Source: Macrostomum lignano (lineage: Eukaryota). From it: 64,000 bases of DNA. A model generated the notes under the pieces. That model saw nothing but the letters and a program-made list of their open reading frames with translations. It was not told the origin of the DNA and ran no database searches. This document shows positions 11,839 through 23,288 of this stretch, piece by piece. How positions within the stretch are numbered: the first letter of the stretch is position 1; the number at the start of each line of letters is the position of its first letter. The stretch is taken from assembly GCA_002269645.1 (NCBI GenBank), contig NIVC01001228.1:1-64000 (forward strand), written 5' to 3'. The translations under genes and the position numbers were made by a program.

Positions 11839-14800
11839 CTATGGACGGAGGGTTGGCGCCGCCCAGGGAGGTCCCCCAGTGTCGCCAGCAGCTATGGTGC
11901 TCTCTGGAAAGGAGAGTTCAGCCCTGCGGGTGGCCCGAAGGTAGCGCATGAGCTGATTAAAGTTTTCGGGTTTGCACGCTTCAGTAATAGATGTGTGTGG
12001 CCCGAGGTAAGTGAGTCTGGCCCGCGTGAAGGCGGGACAGATGCTGACGAAATGCTCAGCGGTTTCGTCACCTGAGTTGCAGAAACTACAGGTGGCGTTG
12101 ATGGCGTTGCCCTGCAGGTACTGGTGCCTGGAGAAGCAGCCGTGACCAGAGAGGGTCATGGCAGCCCGGATGTCTCTGCGCGAGAGGCGCAAGAGGAGCT
12201 TCCGGAGCTGGTGAGAGGGCTGAGGGACAGCGCCTCTGGATTGCCTGCAGTTCGTGCGGTTCGCCCAAGTCGAGCGGTGCTGAGTCCTGATCCACGCTTT
12301 GATGCGCGAGTCGATGACACAGCCAGGAATCGGGACAAGAGGTTCGGGGCCGAGAGAGGAGCCGGAGGCACCAACTTTTGCAAGGGTGTCAGCCAACTCA
12401 TTTCCTCGGATCCCCACATGCCCCGGAACCCACTTAAGGGTAATTTTGTTGGCGGAACCCAACATGTTGAGGAGTTTAATACAGTCGAGGACTGTAGCAG
12501 AGTTGGTGCTGCAGCCACTGATGGCGTGCAAGGCAGCTTGGCTGTCCGAATGGAAAATGATGTTCTTGCCAGTAACGCCAGTGGCGAGAAGCTCTGCAGT
12601 GCAGGAGCTAATGGCCAGAACTTCATTTTGGAAAACACTGGAGTTGACCCCAGTGTATTGAGCGTGGGTAGCGATGACCCTCCCGTTCAGAAAGATTCCA
12701 ACACCAAAGCCGGTGTTGGCTGACTGCTTAGAACCGTCGGTGTAGCAATGAAGCTCACCAAGGTTCCATTGGTCATTGATGTTATCGCGCGAGTCGATAG
12801 CTACGGAGTAGCGCTGTCTCAGGTTGAGCGTTGAGGCAATGCGATCGGTGAAGACGCGATTGGCCTGACACTCGTTGAGAAAGTTGAGGCACAGGTCGCT
12901 ATGTGGGACAAGGTTCCGCTTAGCAGGTGCTCTCATGTAAATGAATTTGACGCCGGCATCAATTAGACGCCGCGTCGTTCTAGCCGCCTCACCCCTGATG
13001 AAGAGGTCAAGAGGCGGAAGATTAAGGAAGGCCCCCATGCCAGCAAAGGGCGTGGACCTGGTGGCGTTGCAGATGAGCCTACACGCTCTGCCTGGGATCG
13101 TGTTGAGCAGGTCTGCATGGCTTTTGACCTGGGTAGCGCTAACCCAGACAACAGAGGCGTACGTAATGGCAGGTCTAACTACGGAAGTATAGATCCACCA
13201 AAGCCGCTTTGGGGATAGACCCCAAGAAGTGCCAAGTGCTCGTCGGAGCTAGGCCAGGATGGCTGAGGCACGCTTGGCTTTTGCTTTCACGTGGGAGGAC
13301 CAGTTGAGCCGGTGGTCAAGTATGACCCCGAGACATCTGGTCTGGTGCGCGAAGGCAATATCTCTGCCGTAGAGCTGCAGAGGACGTATGTTCCAGCGTA
13401 GTCTGCTGGTAAACATAATGGCAACGGTTTTGGGCTCAGAGAGTTCCAGACCATTGTCATTGGCCCAGGATTCTGCTTTGCGGATAAAGCTCTGCATCAG
13501 ATCCCTGAGTGTGCTGGGAGACGGTCCTGCCACAATGGCCGTGACGTCATCAGCATACCCGACTTTGAAGACGGGGTCGGGTCGGGAGTCACTCAAAAGA
13601 GCGTCCATGACCAGATTCCAGAGCGTCGGGGTGAGGACTCCGCCTTGGGGTCCACCCTTACAGACTCTGGTGGAGGCAGTTTGCCCAAGAAGTTGGGCAG
13701 TGACCGTACGGTTGGAGATCATGTACATGATCCACCGTATGAGGGTAGCATGAGCTTTGCGATTTTAAAGGGCCCTCTGAAACGCTTCAAAGATAACGTT
13801 GTCGAAGGCGCCAACAATGTCAAGAAAGAGAGCCAGAGCGTAACCGTCACCCAGTACCGCCCTTTCAATCTTCTCGACAATCGCATGCAGGGCGCTGTCA
13901 GTCGACCTCCCGGTACGGAAGGCGTGCTGATTATTGCTGAGGGGCATCGCTGTCAGCTCGCAGGACAGCAGCCGCCAGAGAATAAGCCTCTCAGTGAGCT
14001 TAAGCATTGCTGACGTTAAGCTAATAGGCCGGAAGGCCTTGACGCTTTGGTAGTCACCCTTCCCAGGTTTGGGAATAAAGACTACCCGAGCTTCAGTCCA
14101 GCATTTGGGAACGTATCCCAGCTGGATAGAGGCCCGCATGAGATTGCGGGTGAGTCTCAGGAACGAGGGTATCTTGGCTGCTTCACGAAGGAGAACAGGG
14201 TAGATACCATCAGGTCCAGGAGATTTGAAGGGTTTGAAGGTTCTGACCGCACGAGCGATTAGGTCTTCAGTGACAATGCCCGCCGCTAGGGTAGCTCCAT
14301 CCATCGAATGGTTGGGCTCCGGTCTAGCAGTAGGTACCCTCGGGAAGCATATGCTGAAGCACTTCTTCAGGGTCTTTAGTAAGAGAGCCATCATCTTTTT
14401 TGATCATGGCTAATTTGGACATTTTGTCCATTGTAAGGGCCTTGACAAGCCTAGAAGTAGGTCTGTCTTGATCCAATTCATTGCAGAATTGGCGCCACTT
14501 ACATTCCTTGGCCTTGCGCACTTCAGATTTGAAATTGCGGGAGGCTTGCCGGAAAAGCTCCATGTCCTCCGGGTTTCCGGTCTTCATGGCACGGCGATGA
14601 AGGCTTTTGGCCTTCCGCCTGAGTTTCCCCAGCTCCGGGTTCCTCCACGGCGCCGAGGTCTTGCCTTTGTAGGCGCGAGCAGGACAAGCCGCTTCGTAGG
14701 CTTCAATAATGCAACCTGTCAGCGTCTCAGCCATATGATCCACATCCTCGCAGGTCTCAATCGGACGTAAGTCCGTGAGTTCCTGCAGGTGCAGATCAAG

Positions 14801-15562
14801 GGCAGCCTTGTAGGCCGCCCAATCAGTGTTGCGGATATTGCGTCTCCAAGTGATCGGAGACTGGGTTTTAGTGTCCGCGATGTTAAAGGCGATAAAGCAG
14901 TGGTCAGACAGGGAGGGCTCCTCAGACCAGACTCTCCACTCCTCAACTCTGTCAAAGAGTCTTGGGGTAACGAGTGTGGCGTCGAGGACCTCGGTCCATC
15001 TGCCATTATTAAAGGTAGGAGTGCTGCCGCGGTTGCAGAGCATGAGGTTTGTGTTAGAGATGAGGGCCAGAAGCTCCTCTCTAGTGTTGGTATCTTTGCT
15101 GCCCCAGTGCTTGTGGTGCGCGTTGAGGTCGCCCCCTAAGCACAGCTCAGCGTTCTGGGACTCGCAGTACTGCGCGAGGCGCAGTAAACTCTCAGGAGCA
15201 GGGTCTCTGTCGCCTGGGATATAAACCGAGGCAACAAGACACGTACGCGGAGAGAAATGATTAGATTGGATGACACAAAGGTCTCCATCAGAGAGATCAG
15301 TCCTCAGCCAAGCCTGGAGATGGCTAGCAGCGAGGATAGCCGCTCTAGGGCGGCTGTTCCCCGGGCCACACACATAAAAATCAGAGTAGCCAGAGGGAAT
15401 GTTGGGCAACTTACCGTTGCGCATCCAGGGTTCCTGGATCAGGATGAGGCCTGGCCTGTACAGCTCAGCAATCTTCATCAGATTTACTGACGCAGATACG
15501 CAATGCTGTAAATTAATTTGCAGACAGAATGTCGCTCCTTTGGCAGCGTGGAGCTTAGTCAT
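11839..15562 (-). pseudogene. LINE ORF2: APE endonuclease, reverse transcriptase, RNase H, C-terminal zinc finger (frameshifted)
   Basis: LQINLQHC, LIQEPW, GGDLNAHH, LSDH; PGPDG, FRPISL, FLDIVGAFD, GPQGGVLTP, YADD; YTDGSK, SDSQAAL, WVPGHVGIRGNELAD; CSFC...ETAEHFVSIC. Broken into four ORF pieces. Confidence 0.95.
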
Positions 15563-15585
15563 ACTGTATTAAATGCAATTTCTGG

Positions 15586-17166
15586 CTAGAGCCCAGGGCC
15601 ATCAAGGAGACTTGGACAACAGATCGTCCTCGTCCCAGGCCGCTGGGGCTTGACTGGAAGATGGGAGTTGGTCGACGTCCATGGCCTCCTCACCCCCACC
15701 GCCCCCCCCCCAGCAGAGTCCTCAGGCTCCGATGACAGGATGGAGGAAGCTTCCTCACCTGCATCTTTACCTTCAGACCCCACCAGGGTGGCCGAGGAGA
15801 GCTCGGATTCCGAAGACCCGGCCTCGCCCTCAACTCCTTCTCCGACAGGCAGGTTTGGTTCCCTGGGCTTGGCCGGAGCCGTTACCGTGGTCGCCGAACT
15901 GCTGCTAGCAGAGGGGCGAGATGCAGCTTTGGCTTTGGGATCGGCTTGCGCCTTTCCTTGGGCCTTAGACTGCGCCCCGCTCTTGCCGGAGATGCCGGGG
16001 TTGGCAGTAGCCTTCCCTTTGGCAGACTTTCCTCGGCGCATCTTGAGCTTGAGGGCACCCAGCTGGAAAGAGGATCCATTAGAGTACCGACTCGCCCAAG
16101 TGCTGGAAAGGCCGAGGACAATTGAGTTGCCCGTCTCCCCCCTGCGGACTTTACGGTGATACACCAGTCCACTAGCAGGGAGGTCGGGGTTCAGACGCAG
16201 TAGGACCCGGCGAATAACGTCTGGTCCAGCTGCGGTGCTCTTAGCAGGGACGAAAACCACATAGGGTATCGTCTTTGGACGCTGGCCCTCGCGAAGAAAA
16301 AGAGCTCCGTCAAGGTCAGCATCCAAGGAGACCGTCGGTAGCCGCTGGAGCAGCTGCCGAGCGTCCTCCTCGCTGCTAGGAGCAATAAGAACGAATGTGC
16401 TTCGCAGCACCATCCGCTCAATGCCGATGGAGATTCCCTCCTCGACAGTCAGCTCAATCAGATAGGAGTCAACAGCACTCCACACTTTTTGAAGCTGATC
16501 AGTGGTCCAGTCCTGGTCGCGACCTTGGATGATCACTCCCGGGATTTTGGCCTTGGCCTTCGCCGCAAAGGTAGCTCCCGAAGGAACCTCCTTGTTGGCA
16601 GTGGCCATTTGTTGCGCCGTGGTTTCGGCCTCAGCAGCCGCAGCAGCATCTCCAGGGAGCGCCGCCGCTGAACTACCGGAGCTTCCACCGGCCGGCCCGT
16701 CTGGTTGCCTTGGGACGCCAGTCGCTTCAGCATCCATGGTGGACGCCGCCGCTTTGGCCCCCGCAGCTCCCTTCTTGGCCTGCCTTTTGGCGCGTTGTTT
16801 AGCGCGTTTGCGCTCAAGCCGAGCCCGCTGAGCTTCATCGGATCTGCCAGATTTGGCCGGTCCTTTAGGCTCAGAGCTCGCGGTTCCCTTAGATCCACCA
16901 GCGGAGCTGGCAGGTCTTTGGGTATTATGAGTTTGGTAGCTCTGGTCGGATCTGCCAGCAGAGCCAGCCGGTCCTTCCTTTGCCACAGTTGAATCAGTCG
17001 GTTGGGATCTGCCAGCAGGGCCGGCCGGTCCTTCGGACTGAGGTTGGGGTTTAGAAGGGTCCCCGTCCCTAGAATTAGTTTGGTTATCCATAGGCGGCTC
17101 GAAGGCCATGATAAAAGGTTGGTGGGCTACCCTCAAAGGGGCGCGGTACCCACCCAGCCGCTCCAC
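15586..17166 (-). CDS. LINE ORF1 (gag-like), open 526 aa; the true start may be the downstream Met (MAFEPP)
   Basis: Long open frame directly upstream of ORF2; low-complexity ends with a central globular segment. DUF4780-like character is inference only. Confidence 0.8.
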   Translation of the reverse strand: MERLGGYRAPLRVAHQPFIMAFEPPMDNQTNSRDGDPSKPQPQSEGPAGPAGRSQPTDSTVAKEGPAGSAGRSDQSYQTHNTQRPASSAGGSKGTASSEPKGPAKSGRSDEAQRARLERKRAKQRAKRQAKKGAAGAKAAASTMDAEATGVPRQPDGPAGGSSGSSAAALPGDAAAAAEAETTAQQMATANKEVPSGATFAAKAKAKIPGVIIQGRDQDWTTDQLQKVWSAVDSYLIELTVEEGISIGIERMVLRSTFVLIAPSSEEDARQLLQRLPTVSLDADLDGALFLREGQRPKTIPYVVFVPAKSTAAGPDVIRRVLLRLNPDLPASGLVYHRKVRRGETGNSIVLGLSSTWASRYSNGSSFQLGALKLKMRRGKSAKGKATANPGISGKSGAQSKAQGKAQADPKAKAASRPSASSSSATTVTAPAKPREPNLPVGEGVEGEAGSSESELSSATLVGSEGKDAGEEASSILSSEPEDSAGGGAVGVRRPWTSTNSHLPVKPQRPGTRTICCPSLLDGPGL

Positions 17167-17639
17167 CTGACCGGGCAGTAGGCCAATAGCACCCTTAAGG
17201 CTGGCCCGACACCAGGAGGGGGACCGCTAGCGACCGGACTACTCCCCGGCCTTCCAGCCCATCGGCACGGTCAACACCTTAGGCATTAGAGAGTACGGTT
17301 GAGCAGTACCACGGCCTGCAGGTTGGCGAGCCAGACCCGCATACTCAAATTCGGCCGAAGCCACTGGATAGGGTCGCCAGCGCCGGAGCCCAGTCTGTCC
17401 AGCAGCCCTAGGGACTGCCTTGAACACACGCGGGGACGAGTACCCTGGGTCGACTTGCGAGACAGCGTGGGGGGGTCTGCGGCTGCCAGAGGCAAATAGA
17501 GGGTGCAGACCTCCCACCAGCCTTGACCTGCTGAAGATAGGGGCAGGCGTGAAGCATCGCAGACCTTAGCCCATGGGCCTAGTCTGTCTCATACTTCACT
17601 GGCATGCTGAATACGCCTTCGCGTGCAGGGAAGTTTGTC

Positions 17640-17932
17640 AGTAGTAGGGCGAATTATGATACTGCTGCACTAGCACTGGCGAGATAGGCGGCAATCCAAA
17701 TGTATAGGGAAAAATACACTGCGGAGATATGAGCCCTATCTCTGTGCATTGGGGACGGCTAAGCACTGCAGAGATATGAGCTCTATCTCTGTGCATTGGG
17801 GACGGCTAAGCACTGCAGAGATATGAGCTCTATCTCTGTGCATTGGGGACGGCTAAGCACTGCAGAGATATGAGCTCTATCTCTGTGCATTGGGGACGGC
17901 TAAGCACTGCAGAGATATGAGCTCTATCTCTG
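17640..17932 (+). repeat. Left TIR of Polinton-2 with 47-bp tandem array (4 full units plus 1 partial, from 17717)
   Basis: Unit CACTGCAGAGATATGAGCTCTATCTCTGTGCATTGGGGACGGCTAAG at 17717, 17764, 17811, 17858 and partially at 17905. Confidence 0.92.
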
Positions 17933-18161
17933 CTTAACACTGCAGTGATAGGAGGAGAGGCGGCCTATCTCTTTACACTGGAGAGATAGGAGAGGCGGCC
18001 TATCTCTTTGCACTGGGGGTGGTTAACACTGCAGAGATAAGATGGGGTGGGTTAGCTTAGCTGAATGAATGTTAATCTATGTAATTGGAAATAATGTTTG
18101 CGAAAGAGCCAATCACAGAGCCCGGAGTGGGATGGGTGGTTTGGGGTGGTTCGGTCGAGGG

Positions 18162-18168
18162 TATATAA
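18162..18168 (+). promoter_or_regulatory. TATA box upstream of the Polinton-2 PC4-like gene
   Basis: GGGTATATAAGC about 105 bp upstream of the ATG at 18274. Confidence 0.5.
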
Positions 18169-18273
18169 GCCCCGAAATTGACAAGAAAGAATTCTCAATT
18201 TTTCAAATCCAAAATTTCATCCGAACTTTTCCTCAGCTTTTAACTTTTGTGAGTTTTCAATTGCTAAAGGAAA

Positions 18274-19047
18274 ATGGACATCTGTGAAGGCTATAAGGCA
18301 CAAGTCCAGGAGTTTGAAGGACAAAAATTTATCGCTATTCACAAGTTTTACCGACACGGCAGCACGGCAAGTCTGAAGCCAGGCGTCCCAGGATTCAACC
18401 TGAATGTTCACCAATGGAAGAAATTGAAGGAGGTGAAACGCTCACTTGTGATTTCTGCACGCAACAACGAGCCCAAGGTCGTGAAACTCGGCTTCGATAA
18501 GTTTGTGGAAGTCAAAGGCGGCATCATTTGGCTCAAACGGCTGCCGGAAGATTGCTGCGAGGAGTTTTTGAGACGAAACGCCGTACCACTGACTCCGCCG
18601 CTGTGGCAGAAGCTCTGGAAAATCGCCTCCTGGATCGACGGTCAGCTGGTGGCTCCTTTGAGGAACTCAATGCAGTACGAGCTGGAGTCTGATGAGGAAG
18701 AGGAGGAAGAGGACAAGAAGCTCAAGTTGGAGGCTGACCAGGACACGAAGCCCATAATGGAGACTGATGAGGGCGGAGAGCATGCTGATGACGAGGACGT
18801 TAGCTCGCCCACAAGGCCGCGCATTGTGACTGAGCCTATCACATCCACACCGATAACTTCGGTTGATTCTGATGCTGGACTGCTTCCGCAGCGGGACACC
18901 AACCTTGAGGAAGATCCGGTGTGGTATCAGTTCAGGGCGCATGCAGCGGCTTCGACGGTGAGCAGTAGCAGCAGGAAGCGAAAGCTGCCATTTCAACTTG
19001 GTCGGCAGGACGCGATGAGGCTGCCCAATGTTCGCTTTGATAACTGA
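18274..19047 (+). CDS. PC4/Sub1-like ssDNA-binding protein (two tandem PC4-like repeats plus acidic tail)
   Basis: VQEFEGQKFIAIHKFY...LKPGVPGFNLNVHQWKKLKE resembles PC4 VRDFKGKVLIDIREYW...[20 protein letters not shown]. The second repeat ends in LTPPLWQKLW; EEEEEE tract follows. Confidence 0.8.
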   Translation: MDICEGYKAQVQEFEGQKFIAIHKFYRHGSTASLKPGVPGFNLNVHQWKKLKEVKRSLVISARNNEPKVVKLGFDKFVEVKGGIIWLKRLPEDCCEEFLRRNAVPLTPPLWQKLWKIASWIDGQLVAPLRNSMQYELESDEEEEEEDKKLKLEADQDTKPIMETDEGGEHADDEDVSSPTRPRIVTEPITSTPITSVDSDAGLLPQRDTNLEEDPVWYQFRAHAAASTVSSSSRKRKLPFQLGRQDAMRLPNVRFDN

Positions 19048-19380
19048 ACAGCTAGAATGCTTTGAATGCATTGGACTAACTAAATTACTTTTAGCTTGCA
19101 CATGATTATCCAGCCTATATCTGACGGCACTATGCTGTTTTTTATCTCTGTTTTTTTCTGAAATGCTGGTGTGCGAGTGTTTTAGTGTTCGTTTTTATGG
19201 ATTGTTTGCTTTCGGAAAATACACCGACTGTTACGATGTTAGAGGTTTCAATCTGACAGTAATAAATTAATTTGCCACTCGTTTCTCTATCATTTAATTG
19301 GAATATAAATTTCTACTTAATACTGTACAGCTATACTGTACAGCTAGAGCAGGTGGATAGGCACGTATCTTGATAAACCC

Positions 19381-20461
19381 ATGATGGAGAAAATTTATTT
19401 GAAACCTGAGCAACCGGCTAGTTTTTCTTGTGCCTCAAAGTTGCTGCATGAAGTGATGCAAAGAGGTGATCGAATATCTGCAAAGAGCATTGAGCAGTGG
19501 CTCAGCGAGCAGCCAGTGCACACTCTGCACAAGCCAGCTAGGAGGCGATATCCAAGAGCCCCAATCATAGTGCGCGCAATCGATGATCAGTGGGAACTTG
19601 ACTTAGTGGAAATGATTTCATTCGCAAAGCATAATAAAGGCTACAAATATATTCTCACGTGCATTGACGTGCTCTCAAAATGTGCTTGGGCCAAGGCACT
19701 GAAAAATAAAACTGCCACAGAAGTGAAGTCAGCATTCGAGAGCATACGCGCTCGTACTGAGAAGTTCAAAGCGCCAGCCACGCACAGTTTGCACAGATCA
19801 GGGGAAGGGATTTATCAACTCCACTTTCCGTCAATACTGCATTGACAGAGGGATTCTGGCTTTCCCAACTAACAGCGAGCAGAAGGCAGCTGTCATTGAG
19901 CGATGGAATCGGACTCTGAGAAGTAGAATGTGGCGCTACTTCACCTACAAGAGCACACTGCACTGGCTTGATGTGCTGCCTAAGCTGGTAAAATCTTACA
20001 ACAATACCTATCACAGAAGCATCAAAATGGCACCCACTAGTGTCTGCAAAGAGAATGAATCTGAAGTGTGGATGAACCTGTACGATGGAAAAGCAGTCGA
20101 GACTCTAGAAAAATTAAAGAAGCCTAAGTTCGCTGAAAACCAGTCAGTGAGAATTTCCAATGCTTTACGGCTATTCAAAAAGGGATACAAAGCGAGCTGG
20201 AGTGAGGAAGTGTACACCGTAGTGAGCAGAGCCCCAAAACATTATCCCTACATGTACAAGATTAAAGACATGCGGGGGCAAGAGATTCGAGGACTCTTCC
20301 ATGAGCACGAGCTGCAGGCTGTCCCGGACTCACAGCGGCTGTATGTGATTGAGAAGATCCTGAAAACGGAGAAGCGGAAGGGAAAGATTCGCTATCTGGT
20401 GAAGTGGGCCGGCTACGACTCGACTGGCTGGGTGGATGAAAAAGACTTAAGAAAGGTTTAG
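19381..20461 (+). CDS. Retroviral-like (c-integrase) DDE integrase with C-terminal chromodomain; one frameshifted region near 19770-19850
   Basis: WLSEQPVHTLHKP, WELDLVEM, LTCIDVLSK, KAAVIERWNRTL, YKASWSEEVY, chromodomain YVIEKIL...YLVKWAGY. Confidence 0.93.
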
Positions 20462-20480
20462 CTTTGGCACATCCCTCATC

Positions 20481-21308
20481 TTGAAGTTTATCATTATAAT
20501 GCGAACTATTTTGATTAACAGTGAGCATGCTAAAGGTACTCCTTGTGACTTTAATTTTTACCTGCCTTCACCTATTTACTTGGATCGAAATGTGGACTAT
20601 GAGGCAGGTCTGGCTGAAATCCATCTGCCTGCTGCATGGTTCAAAGTTGACGAGCCTTACTGCTTCACTGTCTCAGATGGAAGAGAGCATGAGGCCCTGG
20701 TTCTTCAACCCGGACGCTTTGCTAGAGTGGAGGAGCTGGTGGAGCGCCTGAATGAGCTGCTGGCCAACTCTGATTCGCTGTTATTTGATGCAATGAGTGA
20801 CAGGGAGTCTGAGATGGAGGCTGATGAGTTCGGCCTGATGGGGCGTAGTGGCAACAGGGAATTTGGTATGAAGTTCGAAATCCGCAACTCACGAACTGTG
20901 GTGCACAACAACACTGCGAGAGCAGAGCTGTTTCTTCCATCTAGTAAAATTCTGCATTGGCTGGGATTTGGAAACCAGGCTGTGAAAATCCAGCCAGGGA
21001 GCCGCGTGTCCGAGCATTGCACTGGCTGCCCGCGCACCAGCTTAATCAATGTGCACTGCAGTATCGTTGAGTCAACTAATTGCAACTGGAGCTCCTTGTT
21101 GAGAACAGTTGGAATGAAAGCCGGCATTGAATGGGGCAACTATCAAACAAAAATATTTAAGAAAACAATATTTTTCCCGATTCAACGAATCAGTCTTCTT
21201 CACAGCATTCGAGTTCAGCTCCGTGACATCTATGGTTGCCCACTGATTGCACAGACTCACAGCCCTGTTCTGCTTACAGTTCAAATTCAGGAGAAACGCA
21301 TTCAATGA
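20481..21308 (+). CDS. Putative minor capsid (penton-like, single jelly-roll) protein
   Basis: F...LPSPIYLD...YEAGLAEIHLP..WF and INVHCSIVES...SLLRTV...IRVQLRD..G pattern typical of the Polinton minor capsid; located between integrase and core/MCP genes. Confidence 0.75.
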   Translation: MKFIIIMRTILINSEHAKGTPCDFNFYLPSPIYLDRNVDYEAGLAEIHLPAAWFKVDEPYCFTVSDGREHEALVLQPGRFARVEELVERLNELLANSDSLLFDAMSDRESEMEADEFGLMGRSGNREFGMKFEIRNSRTVVHNNTARAELFLPSSKILHWLGFGNQAVKIQPGSRVSEHCTGCPRTSLINVHCSIVESTNCNWSSLLRTVGMKAGIEWGNYQTKIFKKTIFFPIQRISLLHSIRVQLRDIYGCPLIAQTHSPVLLTVQIQEKRIQ

Positions 21309-21676
21309 ACTACCAGCAGCTAATCCAGCAATATTCGGGGGTGAGGACAGGACACGAAAAGCCTGCACTCTATGGCTGTGGGAGCTTCCCAGGGATCATG
21401 ACATACCAGCCTCCGCCAGCGGCTATATCATCATCATCAGCCTCGACGCTTAGCAACGTCAGGCGCAAAAGAAATACTGAAGCAAGTCCGAAACGATTGA
21501 AGAAAAAGAAAGGCACCCGAAAGGCAACTGGTGGAAATCGCAGTAAGAGGTCGAGCAAGGCTAGTGGGAAAAAGCTTAAGAATAGGAAGACGAAAGCAAA
21601 GAAGAATAGAGCAGGCGGAGGAAAGCAAAAAGTCAGCAAGAAAACTGTGAAACGCGTGCTCGACTCTCTGTCATAG
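21305..21676 (+). CDS. Basic K/R-rich putative core (pVII/pX-like) protein
   Basis: MNYQQLIQQYSG...LYGCG N-terminus followed by a strongly basic tail; immediately precedes the MCP. Confidence 0.55.
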   Translation: MNYQQLIQQYSGVRTGHEKPALYGCGSFPGIMTYQPPPAAISSSSASTLSNVRRKRNTEASPKRLKKKKGTRKATGGNRSKRSSKASGKKLKNRKTKAKKNRAGGGKQKVSKKTVKRVLDSLS

Positions 21677-21678
21677 AC

Positions 21679-23091
21679 ATGGCTTACGGATTCAATCCCA
21701 GACTTGATTTATTTAAGACGCCCATTCTACAAACCTGCATTGAAAAAGCTACTTATGTTGATATTCACCCAGTTAATTCCATTGTTGCAAACTCTCCCAT
21801 TGAATTTGACTGCCACCAATCTGCCGATGAATACACAGATCTGCTGAATTCTTTTCTTTATATTCGCTGCCGCCTTGTGAGACTGGATGGGGGTTTGCTG
21901 AGGGAGGATGTTCGAGATGGAGATGGCATCATCACCGAGCGCAGAGACAGTGACGTGCACCCAGAAAATTTTGTTCTGTCTACAGTCTTCTCAGATGTAA
22001 TTGTGAGCATTAACCAGCGAGTGGTGTCTGGTGGAGACCAGCTCTATCCCTACCATGCGTACTTCAAAGCACTAATGAGCTCATCCGATGCCCAGCAACT
22101 AAAACTTTACCCTGCTGGCTTCCTGGAGCCGAACTCGGCAGCTGAAGAGCACACGGAGAGCCACAGGGAATCCCGATGGATGGAGTATGCGGGGCCGCTC
22201 TTCAGCGATGTTTTCCAGTGCCCAGTGTTTCTGCTAAGCAATCTGCACTTGCACATCAAACTGGTGCCCAGCGATGGGGCCTTTGCCATCAGAAGCCCGA
22301 ATGCAAACAACGCGGCATACCGAACGGAAATCTCTCACTGCATTCTGCATCTTCGCCGAGTCAAAGTGGTGCCCCACATCAGCCTGGCCCATGAGCAGGG
22401 GCTGACAAACCAAAATGCACTGTATCCCATCGAGCGAACTGAAATGCAGAACTTCATCCTACCCCAGGGTATTCAGTCAAAAAACATTGAAGGATTCACT
22501 CATGGAAAATTGCCGAAGTTCATCATGCTGGCCTTCGTGAGCCACCGAGCATTCAACGGTCATCATCACGCGAGCCCGTTCCAGTTCCAGATCTTCAACC
22601 TTAGCCGATTGGCTCTAAAGAAAGGTGGGGAAACCGTGTGCCACGGCGCCTTCACACCTGAAAACAATTCCTTTGTAAGAGAATACTTGCACTACCTGAA
22701 AAGCTGTCAATCTGCAAGCCACACAAACTCGGTTCCGTGGATCCCCTACCAGCTCTTCTCCAACAACAGCACGGTGTTTGCATTCGATCTCACACCCGAG
22801 GGAGCGGCTCTGTGGTACGGACAGAAGGAGGGCAACCTTTTATCTTTGGTTTATAATTTGTTTCGAGAGATTAAAACAACTGGCTTTTGGCTCCGAAGCA
22901 ATATAAACAGAGTTCAATGTGCTAACTCTAATAAATGCGGAATGTTTTGCATCTATTTTGCTTATCAAAAGTTTCTGTTCAATCGGTCATTTGAGGGGAT
23001 TTTGAAGCATTTGCATGCTAATGAAAAAAATCGTTTGAATGATAGAATCTTACAGAGGTTTGAAGCCAACTTAAGAAAAAGATGTCCGTGA
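21679..23091 (+). CDS. Major capsid (double jelly-roll, hexon-like) protein fused in frame to the C-terminal half of an adenain-like cysteine protease
   Basis: LDLF...Q..I....VDIHP...SPIEF...EYTDL..SFLY and P.FQFQ.FNL...FAFDLTP are Polinton MCP motifs. After ~22845 comes NRVQCANSNKCGMFCIYF, the protease Q..S..CG.FC motif. Confidence 0.85.
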   Translation: MAYGFNPRLDLFKTPILQTCIEKATYVDIHPVNSIVANSPIEFDCHQSADEYTDLLNSFLYIRCRLVRLDGGLLREDVRDGDGIITERRDSDVHPENFVLSTVFSDVIVSINQRVVSGGDQLYPYHAYFKALMSSSDAQQLKLYPAGFLEPNSAAEEHTESHRESRWMEYAGPLFSDVFQCPVFLLSNLHLHIKLVPSDGAFAIRSPNANNAAYRTEISHCILHLRRVKVVPHISLAHEQGLTNQNALYPIERTEMQNFILPQGIQSKNIEGFTHGKLPKFIMLAFVSHRAFNGHHHASPFQFQIFNLSRLALKKGGETVCHGAFTPENNSFVREYLHYLKSCQSASHTNSVPWIPYQLFSNNSTVFAFDLTPEGAALWYGQKEGNLLSLVYNLFREIKTTGFWLRSNINRVQCANSNKCGMFCIYFAYQKFLFNRSFEGILKHLHANEKNRLNDRILQRFEANLRKRCP

Positions 23092-23288
23092 TTTCTAATA
23101 TTTATGCATTAAACATGGGAGAAAAGCAAGCTTGCTACGATATCCGCCTCAGGCAGGGAAGCTGCATGATTGTCTGCGGGCCCACCAATGCAGGAAAAAC
23201 AACCTTTGTCAAACACCTGATCCAGTACAGAGACGTCATGTTTGATGTGAAGCCTGGCAGAGTTCTGTGGTACTATGGGATCTCATAG
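23082..23288 (+). pseudogene. A32/FtsK-like packaging ATPase, N-terminal fragment
   Basis: Walker A MIVCGPTNAGKTTFV; truncated at WYYGIS* and followed by AT-rich DNA. Confidence 0.85.

Larger units (their letters stand above)
11738..17626 (-). mobile_element. Apparently full-length non-LTR retrotransposon with RNase H (LOA/R1-I group-like)
   Basis: ORF1 plus ORF2 (APE-RT-RNaseH-CCHC). 13-bp TSD AGGGAAGTTTGTC at 11725-11737 and 17627-17639. Confidence 0.9.

Noticed and set aside
12124-16992. Numerous plus-strand and alternate-frame ORFs over the LINE
   Set aside because: Antisense or shadow frames of the GC-rich ORF1 and ORF2 with no motifs.
17717-17932. 47-bp palindromic repeats resembling a CRISPR array (also 25084-25411)
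   Set aside because: The units are head-to-tail with no unique spacers, lie inside Polinton TIRs in eukaryotic DNA, and there are no cas genes.
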